DNA of 64,000 bases from Hydrolagus affinis (Eukaryota), in contig JAAILG010000775.1 of NCBI GenBank assembly GCA_012026655.1, positions 1 to 64,000 of the forward strand. Direction: 5' to 3'. Under the pieces are notes generated by a model. The model saw only the letters and a program-made list of their open reading frames with translations. It was not told the DNA's origin and made no database searches. The translations under genes were made by a program, and so were the position numbers. The first letter of the stretch is position 1; each line of letters opens with the position of its first letter. This document shows positions 12,690 to 24,989 of this stretch, in pieces.

Positions 12690-12860
12690 AGTTAAATTGA
12701 TTGTTCATTTCACAATAGCCTGTGGGAAATTGCTGCGTCCAAATTGGCTGCAGCGTTATTCTCTTGACACTACACTTGTTAGTAATTACCCGTGAAGCAC
12801 TTTGAGGTGCTTCGATGTTCCAGGAACTGTATCAAATGCAAGATTATTTTATTATTATGT
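12690..12860 (+). mobile_element. SINE 3' half
   Basis: tgtgggaaattgctgcgtccaaattggctgc...tatcaaatgcaagattatt. Confidence 0.85.
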
Positions 12861-13171
12861 GTGGAATAGCCTTGAAGTCTAAGTACAAATACTGTTAGAA
12901 TACAAATACACTTTCCACAGCTCATATATGCACAGCTAAGCGTTAGCTCATCCCATTATTCCCACGCAAGAAACAAGACCACTTTGGAAATCATTTGTCA
13001 TAGGTGTTATTACATGAATTGAACAATGTTGCCCGTGGTGCAAATTAGATTTCATTTAACTGTTCTTTTTAAAGGGTTACAGCAGCTACGATTTCAAAAC
13101 TCTCTCTGGATCCAGGCCATTGCACAGCAGTATATTGATGCTCAGTTTATTCTGTGCGTTTCGTACCAGTT

Positions 13172-13497
13172 TAATAATAATAATAATCCTTGCGTTTGAA
13201 TATAGCGCTTCTTCACATCTTCTAGATGTCTCAAAGTGCTTCAGAGAATGTACTGTAAAGTGAATTGACTGTATATTTATGGGCGAAACGCGGCAATTGC
13301 GCACAGCAGCATCCCATAAACAGTCGTGGATTGAAATGACCAATTTTATTGCAATATTGTGTTTTTTTTTAAAGGGATTATTATTAGGCGTGTGAAGTAG
13401 GGAAACTTGCCGAAGGTTTCGCCCTGACCTGCCTCGATTCGAACACAGCTCTCACGCTTGTAAGGCGAGTGCTCTAACCACTGAGCTACAGGACTCC
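13172..13497 (-). mobile_element. Full-length young tRNA-derived SINE (chimaera SINE2-type)
   Basis: Head GGAGTCCTGTAGCTCAGTGGTTAGAGCACTCGCCTTACAAGCG...GTTCGAATC with Pol III A and B boxes; L2-like 3' end GCGCTATATTCAAACGCAAGG(ATT)n; many relatives in the window. Confidence 0.95.
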
Positions 13498-13789
13498 ACA
13501 ATTGACGCGAACGTCATGGAGAGGAACGATTCAAAATCTGGCTGGACATGTTGCGTCATTGCTGAGGGAGCCGTCCTGGAACATGACCCCTGAAACCAAG
13601 GAGAAGGGTACTCAGTTGCACATCGATTCACGTTTCAGCAGCATAAATGCAGATGGCATAGATCAATGCTCAAAAATGGAACTGGTGTGATCTTGAGAAT
13701 CCCAAACGACATAGTTTCTTGCATAATAGGACATTCATTTCTTTACAGCAATGAGTCAAACAGGCTCATTTTTGAGCACATTAGGGCAC

Positions 13790-14100
13790 CGATAACGCAC
13801 TGTCACAAGTGCTGCCCTTTGGATGACATCAAAACCGAGGCCCCGTCTGCTTGCTCAGGTGAGATGTTTGAGATGTCATGAAAAGAGAAGGGAGTTTCTC
13901 TCAAAAATCCCCAAGATAAAAATGGTTATCTGCCTCATGGCTGTTTTGCGGGAGGATTGCTGTAGTCACTCAACTACAAACACAGTCACAGCACTTTACA
14001 CAAAAATTCTGTGTTGCGCTCTGATACACTTGAAAGTTTTCAACACATTTAAGAGGTTTTTGTTTGGAAGGTATCTGCATAAAAATGCAAAGATTATTAG
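13790..14100 (+). mobile_element. Deu-domain SINE fragment
   Basis: gctgccctttggatgacatcaaaaccgaggccccgtctgcttgctcaggtg matches the Deu core. Confidence 0.85.
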
Positions 14101-14494
14101 AATTTCACCATTTTTTGCCTCCACAACACATGTGAAGCGGAGTCGGCTAAGATTTTCTTTCCTTTATGCCAACAGCAGTGGCGATTTAACTGAAATCGTG
14201 GTTCCCCGTGTGTTGTTCTGTGTAATTTACTTATTATGTGAGTTTGTTTTCAGTAAGACAACTTAAAGCTCCATTGTGTTTCCTTCATCTAACTGGTCAC
14301 TCGGGGTGCCACTTCCTTTCCAAATGTATTTTTTAAACTGTAGACAAGGTGCCAGGTGGGAAGCGCAATTAGTTGCGTTAACCAGGATTAATAGGTCACT
14401 CAGGCATGTCGCTCCGAGGAGAGCAAAGAAGTTGCATTTTCCGCAGTGAACCAAAAGGAAACCGTAGCATTTGTGACATGCTCCTCACTCCCAG

Positions 14495-14705
14495 TGCCCT
14501 GGTCTTAACAATCCCCACAGATAACATTGGTCGTTCACTTCAAGGCTATTTGTGGAACATTGCTGGCCGCAATTAGGCTGCTGGTTTTCCCTGCAATAGA
14601 AACGCAATCTCTGAACACCTCACAGTAAAATCTCGTGAAGTGCTTTGAGACCTCCGCCGAAACATGGAAGGTGCGATTCCAAATCTAAGGATTATCATTT
14701 ATTGT
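14495..14705 (+). mobile_element. SINE 3' half
   Basis: ggctatttgtggaacattgct...gtgaagtgctttgagac...aaggattatc. Confidence 0.75.
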
Positions 14706-16669
14706 TATATTAACATGACTTGAAGAGTGGCCACATGGGCGAAAGCATGTCATAACAACCCATCAACCCCTCCGTTTGGAAGAAAACTGGTGAACAACGT
14801 AGATATAAATGATTTTTTTTATAGAGAAAAAATAAAATCATATTTATTACATTAATATCGCTCTTGGCTATTCATAAACAAGCATCTACATTGTTCCCAT
14901 TTTAAAATACATTTTCCAATATTTTGGGTGATTTTCTGATCAGTGTTGGACTCTGTAGGAAGTAATTTTTCGTGCCTGCTTTACGCTTGATATTTCTACA
15001 CACCGTTGGTATGGTGGAATGAATTGATCATTCTGAGAAGAGGAGTGTGGGTTGAAGTTGTGGGAGCCAGAGGCTTAATAGAGAAATGTGGGTGGAGAAG
15101 AAAAAGTGAAAAATGACTTGTATTTTTTTTTATCAGGGATCATTTGCTAAAACTGCTTAAAGTCTTTGTATCACTGGGATACATGTATGGCCTAAAAGAG
15201 AGTAGACAGCAGCAGGAAAGGAGGTTTCAATCAAATGATTTATGAGCCTCAAAATGAATAACCCTGCAAAAGAAACACCAGAACACTGAACTCAGGACTG
15301 CAGCATTCCAAGCACTACATTAAATGCATGGCTAAATTCTCATGAGGTTACATTATGCAGAAAATGGCGGAAAAACAGTCAAGACGGAGTTTAAATACCA
15401 AACTAAAAAAAAATTGAATGCTCTGGCTTCTATTTTCCTCCTCCACCTCTTTGTCTGAATCAGAACTGTAGGTTAGCCAAAAAATATTTTCCATATAAAT
15501 AGAATATATATGTATACATTAAACAAGAGTGTGGACTGAATTTGAGTATTTTGAACTCTGTACAGAACAGAGGTCTGGAAGAAAGCAAATCTCTGGAGGG
15601 AATGCCAGTAATGACAATGGTTTAAAAAAATACACTGAGAGAATAAATTCCCCAATGAAAATGTTACACTATGCTTAAATCAATAAATATAATTTAGGCA
15701 TAAGGAAAAGAAGCCTCATCACCATAAAAGGTTCAAAAATCTGAAAAACTGTATTTTCAGAAATTTCTGAAGTTTACAATAACTCTATTTTAATTTAAAT
15801 TGCATTTGTGGGGTGAGTCCCTGTTTTGTATCAATAGATATATATATATATCTATTTATATATTCATGTTCTAAATCTAAATTAAAAAAATGTATATTTT
15901 GCTGATAAAAAAACTTTTAAAAAAATGTGTAGCGTAATCTTCTGGATCTCTTTTTTTTATTTCCTTAAATGATTTCCAAAGCTTAGGGGCAGTCTCTCCT
16001 CCTAACCCAGGTTCATTTTAATAATGACCCCCACGTCAGCACAGCTGCTAAACAGGCTATGTCACACAAATCTCCAGTTTCCACGTAATCAACTTCTCAT
16101 TCAACCCACATGTTCAGCCTATCCTGTATATCTTAGCAATGTAAATAACACCCTTCCCCCAACTGCACACCGTGTAGCAATCATCAGGGAGTAACTCCAT
16201 TGTTCCTCAAATAATAAAAAAGCTTCTTCAATACTGCATTTCGGTGGCTTTTTCCATGTTGCTTTTTTTAAAAAAAAACTCCTTGAAAACTGATGGCCAG
16301 CCTGCCACAGAGGAATCAATCCTAATCTACAAAGAAGGACAAAAAAAAGGATGTGTGGTGCACACTCACTCAATCGCATTGCCAGCAGCATTGCCCCCCA
16401 GTTACAGTAAAATCAAGTTTTAATGGGTTGGAAATAAAAAAAATGTGAGCCTGACCCACTTTTGCATTTCAGTGCGTTGAGGGTTTCAATGCCATTGGTT
16501 TGTGTAAACAGCAGTGAATACAATTGAACACAAACAGGTCTAATGAGTTATGCCGCAGTTGATTTTTTTAAACTTCTTCGCCTATTAACTCCAGGAGCAA
16601 TATTAACTTGCATCTTCCTAGAAGTGGTGATTGTGTAAAAACAAAGGTGACGGCTCCCTACTTCCCCCA

Positions 16670-16670
<1 letters not shown>

Positions 16671-16704
<34 letters not shown>
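16671..16704. repeat. Compound (CT)n(CA)n microsatellite
   Basis: Direct reading. Confidence 0.95.
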
Positions 16705-16705
<1 letters not shown>

Positions 16706-17121
16706 AGTGCTCACCACAAACAAACTGCAATAGGGAGGAAATGATAGGGAAGCTTACTGTAAGTATCTAACAGCTGATTGCAAGTATAAAATAAGTACAC
16801 AAATGTCATTCACAGTGTCACCACTACCTCTGTGGTCTACTTATTACTCTGCTGAGATTCACTATTTTAATTTAATTCAAATTGTTTGAGAAATGAAACA
16901 GTAGCTGCCCTTCCCCCGCCTTTGCCCAGCACACATACATACACATTCAGTGCCTGGTTTCCTCATTGATTTCATTAGTAATTAAAGATTTCAGTCCTTA
17001 TAAAATTACAATTTGCACCCTTATGTGCACAACCTGGATGGATTTCGGACAATGCAATAAGTAATGCCTATGATTTATTGGTTCACAATTTGAATGGATT
17101 AACTCCCGCCGCGCACACAGA

Positions 17122-17142
17122 CACACACACACACACACACAC
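17122..17142. repeat. (CA)n microsatellite
   Basis: Direct reading. Confidence 0.95.
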
Positions 17143-18790
17143 AAAAAAAGACTTAGATTGGCACCAGATGTATGGCAAAGAATGTCAGTTGGTCTTTGCA
17201 CTTCCCGATTGGAAATGATCACTTTCAGATATTCTGTTACTATTACAAAAATTGTAACCGGGCTCTCGTCTGTGTGCCACGGAGCAATAACTCAAGCAAC
17301 ACGGATATGCATTTACTCTTTTAAAACAGCACTTGGGATAACAAAAGGGCAGTCTCCATTCAAATCGATCAATTTCACGCATTGCTTTATTTATTTGGAG
17401 ATCTCAGGGGAGCCTCCAGCATTGTGCTCCTCAATCTGTGAACCCCCTGCCACCCATCAGACGTAAATTGTTTCTTTATCCTGTAAATTTTTCTGTAAAA
17501 AGCAACGCCAAGTTAAAGAGGTGTCACCTCCACCCTTACACGATTCTATCAACCTGGCTCAACGCGGGGAGGTGGGGGGATGGGTGGGGGGGAGAAAATA
17601 TTTTAAGCAGTCACAGCATTGTTTCATTTAACCGAGTCAATTTACACAGTAAAATATTATCCTGATCAAACATGCCTTTAGTAATCTAATCCCCTTTTAG
17701 TTTATCAGGCTGCCACTAACATCTTATTCTAGTAAACAGGTTACCACTGCTGCGCTGCTTGATCTCAACCTAAAGGTAGAGAGGGCTAGCTCTATGTTAT
17801 CAGACATTTGCTGGATTAAGCAGTGTGCATTGTATGCAGCCTGCTCTGCCACTGTGGAACCTATGATGGACAGAAGCAAATTGTGAATCGCGCGTCCGTT
17901 TCTCTGTTGTTTTCGTGCATTGGAATCCACCCAAATGCAGTAGTTTCCACATCAGAGTCCCTCAGGGCAAAGCTGTGTCTGCAATAGAAATAGGTCACAA
18001 GAAACATGTTATTCATGTGGTCTGCTATTGAACAGTCACATTGTCTACAACATGCAAAAATGGTTGTAGATTTCTCAAATATTTCTAATGTTTAATCAGG
18101 GTTACGGGGCAACGAATAGATCAAGGAATGAGTAAATGCCATTCGGTTCATCAAGTTTAGTCCTTGAGTAGACCCTACACAATGCATCCTATCTTGCAGT
18201 TCACTCGCCCAGTTTATCTCCCGAGGAGAAGGAGTTTGTACAGATACTCCGCGAACCAAATAAACAATAGGAGATAATTTCTATCCGTCCTTTTTGACCT
18301 CAGCAAAGGACATCTGATTAGGCGACTGCACAAGGCAACGTGTGAGAATGGATACAAATTTTCGGTCTGTACCTAGTTCACAGCTTGTGCAGTAATTATT
18401 ATGTGTTTCTTGGCTCAGTCAAGTGGCTGACACATGCGGAAACCCATCACCATACTTAAAAGAGAATCCCAAAACAGACTGAGCGCTCCACATATGTGTG
18501 CCATCTACACATTGTATATCCCTAATGACTGTCGATATATTGAATTATAAACACAGAAGGAAAAGATCTCCAGTTTAGTAATTAGTGTGCGAAAGACTTC
18601 ATTAACAAAACTCAATACTGTATTTTCTTCGTCTCGTTCTGCTGGGATACAGTTCACAGGTCCTAATAGCTTTCACATTCTTTGCATGCAATTACATAGA
18701 TAGTGGGTGTCAGCAGGTTAATCTTCCGTATGTTTTCCCCGACTCCACTTTACTCCTCTCCTGTACAGAATAATAATAATAATAAATCAT

Positions 18791-18886
18791 GAGCAGAATC
18801 CTTGACCAAGACTTGTCTCTCCTTCCCCTAGCCCAGCGACACTGAGGCTCATTGTAGCGCCCCCTCCTGCATGCCCCAGCTGAGAC
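18791..18886 (-). mobile_element. LF-SINE-like fragment
   Basis: ccctagcccagcgacactgaggctcattgtagcgccc...gccccagctgaga is the reverse complement of the LF-SINE core. Confidence 0.85.
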
Positions 18887-19559
18887 TATTCCACACACCG
18901 ACCCCTTTCTTTGTACGGAGGAGGTAAATCTAAACAGAGTTCAAAGTCCCTCTTGCCAGCCATCAAATCTGTGCCGCTTTAATGTGGCCTGAAGGTGAAA
19001 ATAGAGCCCAGAATTTCCGCTTCTGCTCGCTATTGTTCCACTTCAATACATTTAGGATTAAATTTGATTTTACCTGCCTTGCTGCAAAAGTGTATTTACT
19101 GTAACGTAATACAAGTAGCTCAAGCTGTTCCCATTAGTGTTACAATGCATCAGGTAAAGGGAGAAGACAGTGTAAATGTGGTGATTAACTGCTGCCAACT
19201 CAATTTCATAGGAACATAGCATTCCTGAAAACTACGATGCACTGTTAACGTTCCTTCAAAGGTTGTCAAGTGATTCTGTGCTTGAAAAATGTAATTGTAT
19301 TTATCTAACTTAAAGGACTTTATTACAGCTCTTTTGGCATACCCACTACTCTGTCACAAGCACTACAATTATGGTTGTTACCAAAGGAGAAATAAATAGA
19401 CACTGTGATTACCATGGGTTTTATAGAATACATTTTAAAGTATCGCAACATTGACGGGCCCAAACTTTCTTTCACCTGTGTAAAACTACCAGTAACTCAC
19501 TTGTTCCTATAGCACGTTGAGTCCCTGGCACCAATTGGTACATTTGTGGAGTCCAGTAG

Positions 19560-19730
19560 TTCAGTACTGTGCGCAATTGGCTGCCGCGTTTCGCCCACAA
19601 ATAAATGAATAAGTAAATAAAGGCAATTCTCTTTTCGGTATATTCCGCGAAACCTTTGAGACGTGAGTCTGGACGGCATGAAAAGCCTAAGTTATCACAT
19701 GCAAGGATTATTATTATATTTTATTATCAT
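19560..19730 (+). mobile_element. Young SINE 3' half
   Basis: ctgtgcgcaattggctgccgcgtttcgcccacaaata...tgcaaggattattattat. Confidence 0.9.
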
Positions 19731-21479
19731 TTATATGCTCCAGCCCCAGTTAGGTATTTCATTTTGGTTGAATTTCTTGAACTTCTTCATTGACTTAAAT
19801 TGAAAGAACATCTGGTTTCCATCAAGTACACATGTTGGAAAAGGGGGAAACAAAGCCACTCATTTGTACATGATATTTTTCTTCTTTTACAATATGAAGA
19901 TAAATGTTATTTCTTTTCTAAACGGCAACATGACCACATCTGATACCTGTCACTTGTGATATAAATTGCTGGCGGAATTTTCACACCGGCGTGGGAGCCG
20001 AATGAATTTGAACAAAAAAACAACAAATTTACAGTGTCGTTAGTGCACTCGGTAACTAAGTGCTTTCGAATACCATTTCAACATTCGATTACAATTGATC
20101 CAGCAGTGTTTTCCCTGCAAGGATTACAATTTAAAAGGAAAGCAGGAAAAGATGGATTTAGAGCAAAAAGGAAGGAAGAGTTTTACTGTTTTGCTGGAGG
20201 TTTTTTTTGCGAAAGAAGTGTTAAATGATGATCCCCAGATGGCAGAATAGTTTAGAATTAAAGTAGTTTTGCTGTTATTATTGTAACACAAAATATGTGG
20301 TTTTTGTTTTATTATTGTAATCGCTGCATCACTTATAAAGCATTTTCTCCATTAATTACCAAAGTCACTTTTCAATTCCCACTTAAGTCTTTTTTTCTGC
20401 CTTTCAGACAGGTTTACGCATTAAAAAAAAGCACAATATGGGGAAAATACTTAGTCTGTTCCTGACTTAGAAATACTCAGAATGAGTCTTTTAATTCATT
20501 TCTACAGTGGCCACTCATGATACCAAAGCCCTTTTTTGTTATTTCCTGAACCATTGCCTAGAATTCAGTGTGAACAAGGAACAAAAATGCAAATTAGTTC
20601 AAGCCATTCAAACACAAAAGAAAATAAACGGATTTTGCATGGGCTAAAGAATCCATTCTTTACCAATTCATTTATCTTTCAAGAAAGACAGTTGTCTTCA
20701 ACTTTTGATCTACTCATACCATCAGATAAAGTTGTTGCTGGAAAGCTTGCCCTCATCCACTATTCAGATTACACTTTACAAGTTAAATATTTAGCCAGTG
20801 AATCCCAGATACAGTACCTAAATGAAGTGTCTGTGTTAAATAAACTGAGATACAAAGCAATACATAGCACGTGTTTCTATATACACTACCCTCAAAAAAT
20901 TGCACAATGTGCACCTAATTTAGGTGAAAGCTTCTTGGGTTGCACAGAAATTGTAATTGAATACAATTCGGTGTATGCAATAAAAAATCATTTGCTTTTA
21001 TGCATCCTCTTTGAAGCAAGTCTGCTAGCTAACAAGCACACCTTAGATTTGGCTGGAGAAAATATGCTTTAATCCTTTTCTTAAGGCTCTGTTAACATGT
21101 GAAATAGTGTATTGTGCTCCTCACAAAGAATGTGAAGGTGCATTATCTACCGTCTCTCCCATCCATCAATGTGAAACACTTAACAAGTGACTCCTGAAAA
21201 TAGCAGCACTTTTACAAACCAACTGTGGAATGATTCGAACATAAACAATTCCTCCTAATTAGGACAATAAAGTGGGGGGTTGCAGCAATTTTTCTTTGTA
21301 AATCGTGCAGTTTAAACAAAGATTGAGATTGACGGCTGCGTTTTTGCTCGTTTATATCTGTTAGTTTTCCTGTATATACATTTTTATCCGCAAATATCAA
21401 CCGCATAGAAATATCTTCACCAGAGTTGACACCTTAACGGGACCACTCAAGAGGCATTTGCAAATAATGCCACGTTTTC

Positions 21480-21602
21480 TCTGGCTTGTGTCTAGTGAAT
21501 TTCAGAGATGGGTGGATACTGTAGAGTGTTACAATTGCTCTAAGCACCCCTGGGCTAGGGAGGGGGCAAAAACACAGGCAGGAAGCCAGGTTCCTTGCTC
21601 TC
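21480..21602 (+). mobile_element. LF-SINE-like fragment
   Basis: tacaattgctctaagcacccctgggctagggaggggg...gccaggttccttgctc. Confidence 0.8.
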
Positions 21603-22569
21603 GGCGGCAGCCAATTGCGCACATCAGAGTCCCATAAACAAGTTGAGTGACCAATGTTTTTTAAAAAGGAATTGTTAGTTTCCCAAGGTTAATTAAAGTA
21701 TAGTGCCCAGTAAAGGCCATACCTTCAGAACAGAAAGGGGCTAAATGGAAATACTGTACTATTGTTTTCGAGATAAAAACAAACTGTAATTTTTGTAATT
21801 CTGTAATTTTTCTCGTGTGGGTTGCATTTCCGCAAATAATTATTACAGCATTAAACGCTGAGTTAAATCCTGCTGATACCCTCAAGTCAGTTCTGGAATG
21901 TACCTAAAATAGGCACAACACGAGGGCAGGGTCTCCACCTGAAACTTGGGAGTTGGATAAAGCAACCATTTGCAGTTACAAAGGTGCCTCAGTCTGCCTT
22001 GAATATAGGCCATTCATCTCCAGGCAAGGTAAGGATCCATGTTACCAGGCTAGAAAATATCGGTACTCCCATTTGACTTATTTGCTAAGGCCAAGGATCT
22101 ACTGTAGAATAAACTGTCCATGGAATCAGCTTCACTGGAGTGTACTCCTGGAAGAGTATTCTTGTGAACACATTATCTTCCTTTGTGCATTGGAGCTGAT
22201 TCAGATAGATGACTTCCTGTCACAGTCTTCAAGAAGCTTAATAGACTGGTTATACATCACATGTACGTGAAGTAAATGGTTCATTGTGAATTAGTTCAAA
22301 GGTCATCCGTAAAGGCACATCCCATAAACAACATGACGAAACAAGCTGCGAGGAATTTTTTTTAAAAAAAGTATAAAAACCTCAACAAATGACGTTAAAA
22401 TCTATGACATGAACTTTTCCTTTTTTGATAAGATATTAAGACAACAAATATTGCCCTTTGCAATTATCAGCTCCCAGTGCCATTTTAATTCAACATAACC
22501 ACAGTACAGTATTGAAAAATATCTCATTAAAAATCCTACGGTCTCAAAGAAAGCTTGTGTGCGTTCTCC

Positions 22570-22935
22570 TGACAGGCCCGGTAGGTAAGAGGCGTAGTCA
22601 AACAAGCCAAACACATCAGAAGGTTTGGCATATTTGAGGTTGGACTGAATTAGCTGATCTCAACCACTGAGCAGTACAATTGGTGAAGTGGAGGTGAAGG
22701 GGTAGGGGGAGACCTGCTAGAGTTTATGTCCCATCCACCTTCGCCAGCCCCCCCCACCAGCAGCTAAGTGTGTATGTGTGTGTTGGTTGAGGATGGCCTT
22801 CTATTCACTGCCAGTGCCTATTCACTGCCTATTGGCCTTTTATTCACTACCAGTCAAGAATAGCCACTTAGGTGAGGCAACAGAGGGCAGAAAGCACATC
22901 CCTGCGAGAGCCCCCACTTCCAGGAGACGGGGAGT
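22570..22935 (+). mobile_element. LF-SINE-like element, near full span, degraded
   Basis: ggcccggtaggtaagagg head; ctgaattagctgatctcaacc; gaatagccacttaggtgaggcaacagagggcag; ccacttccaggaga tail. Confidence 0.75.
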
Positions 22936-24384
22936 GCGGAAAACTAGCCTGAGAAAAAGCTTGTGTATGTTATTTAAAAATTCCATTTGAATGCTATAAT
23001 TCAGATTTTTTTTTACGGCTTCGTGGAATAAAGATGACAGGCGATTTATTTTAGTTCCCTGGCCATATTTATGGCCAAATGTAACTCCCTTGTATTTATT
23101 CAAAAGCTGGAATAGTTTAAAAGAATATTGCACATGTCTAAAGCTGAGTGTTTGTGAATTGCAACCTCTCCCAGCAAACAAAAGGGATCCTGGCTTCTTT
23201 GACAGCCCCCAGAGTAGGTTAGTGATTGACTGGCAAAATACCGTTGCTGTATAATGAAAATGAAACATCATTACTACTGACCAGTATCATACATCATGCA
23301 GCATCCATATAAAAGAGCCCCCGAACATAAAATTAGCTGACGTTCTGGCAAACTCTTGCTACTGAAGGAAGTAATAGTTAATATCTGAATGCTTTGAAAT
23401 AGCTAGACTGAGACCGAAAATGTCCCCAGCATGTGATGGAGATCACAGAAAAGAAATCCCCACTTAATGGCAATCCGCGGCGACAATAAATCAAATGATG
23501 GCTGTTGTTTTACAAAAAAACATTATTCGGAAAGACTTCAAAGGCCACAATAGCTGACAGTTAAACGTGGTCACCGTAGTTAAACCTCAGTGTATATTTT
23601 TCGTTCGTGAATAATGGGTCGTGTGAAATGGGTCTTGATTGCTTTCATATTGTCCTACTTGGAATTTTGCTTGTTTATATAGCAGCTTCTGGTTTATAAT
23701 GCTCACTGCCATCAGCAAAATGTATCTAATTTAATCTTACTTAACAAAGCTCTTGAGCCTGCCAATTGGCAAACCCTGCGGTATAATACAATTCAATGGT
23801 GGTGCCAAGTGGTCATTATCTGTCTGTTAAGGTCAGGAGGATTGTGCTATAACCAGAAGAATTAATGACAAGGAGATGCCAATACTACTCTGTGTATGCA
23901 TAAGAGAGAGAAGTCACTCTGCTTTTATTTGAAGTAGTTACACACAGCTTGTTTTCATGTGTAAAGCATTCATGTGTATACACCTGGAGATCATATGAAG
24001 CGTGTGATATTTTTATATACATGCTTTAACTACAAGAACGTAAAGTGCAATTCTTTATACATAGGGCATGAGTTTTAATCTATACCAGACCGAGGGCAGG
24101 TCTTTTCTATCAAAGCTATTAAAGACTGCAGGAAATATTAATTCCAACAGTTCTAAGTTCCGAGCAAATAAAAGTTGGCAGCACAAATGAAAAACGCCCC
24201 ATCATCAATACTTCGTAGTGCCTGCTCTAAAAGCGAAACTTGAATTCCATTCTGGAAGGTAACCACAATAGATACAAATGCATAATATAGGAATTGCTTT
24301 GAGTCCAACGTGACGTTTTTGGGTGAAACCTCTACTTGGGGATGCACCATGAATGCAGAAGATGTACTTCTGCATACGTTTTAC

Positions 24385-24508
24385 AGGACTATGGGGAGAG
24401 AGAGCGGGACAGTGGGAGTGATTTGGTCAGCTCTTTTAAAAGAGCTGGCACAGACACGATGGGTCGAATAGCTTCCTTCTGTAGTGTATAATTCTATGAT
24501 ACTATGAA
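24385..24508 (+). mobile_element. CR1 LINE 3' terminus
   Basis: ctatggggagagagagcggg...agagctggcacagacacgatgggtcgaatagcttccttctgt...attctatgatactatga. Confidence 0.9.
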
Positions 24509-24509
24509 G

Positions 24510-24680
24510 ACAAGGATCTATGTTCGATTCCCAGTTTGTGCTGTGATGGGGTGCTGGAAAATGACTTCTGTATCTTCAAGGGAAGGGGGCAAAGGGGAAA
24601 ATTAGATAGTGACCCCTGCTGGAATTTGTGCACATATGCAGGTTGGGCAAAGACCAAGTTTGGGCTCAGGTCTGATAGCT
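24510..24680 (+). mobile_element. LF-SINE-like fragment
   Basis: gttcgattcccagtttgtgctg...agtgacccctgctggaatttgtgcac. Confidence 0.7.
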
Positions 24681-24989
24681 TCCACAGTTATATACTCACT
24701 AAAAGGTCTCATACATGAAACACAGTCACTTGAGTGAGTTACCAGAGTCGTTTGGTCTCTATCACAGCATGAGTCAATTACTTCATTACAGTAGGTGAGA
24801 AAATTGGATGAAAAAAGAAAATTCACAAGCAAAGGGGCTTTTGTGTCTTGACTACTGTGGTAAATGAAAAAAAGTGACGAGCTTTAAGTTGCTCTTGTTC
24901 AGTTGTGAAACAACGTGAAAAATTTGAAACCTTAATCCAAACTTGCTGAAAGCTTGATATTACATATCTCCTTGATGCAGAGTTAACAT

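Noticed and set aside
13425-13497. tRNA-like sequence (Val/Ala-like anticodon arm)
   Set aside because: It continues directly into the SINE body and lacks a proper acceptor stem. It is a SINE head, not a tRNA gene. The same applies to 28336-28400.
13749-13858. Apparent 110-nt exon (tttctttacag| ... CAG|gtgaga) inside ORF 13666-13881
   Set aside because: The 3' two-thirds, including the donor, is the Deu-SINE core (aaaccgaggccccgtctgc..ctcaggtg), so the repeat explains the signal.
20536-21072. 178-aa ORF on the + strand
   Set aside because: Non-ATG start, AT-rich composition, no recognisable domain and no convincing splice boundaries.
22576-22584. Apparent 9-nt microexon (cag|GCCCGGTAG|gtaaga)
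   Set aside because: It coincides with the LF-SINE head/A-box region (GGCCTAGTGGGTAAAGG-like).
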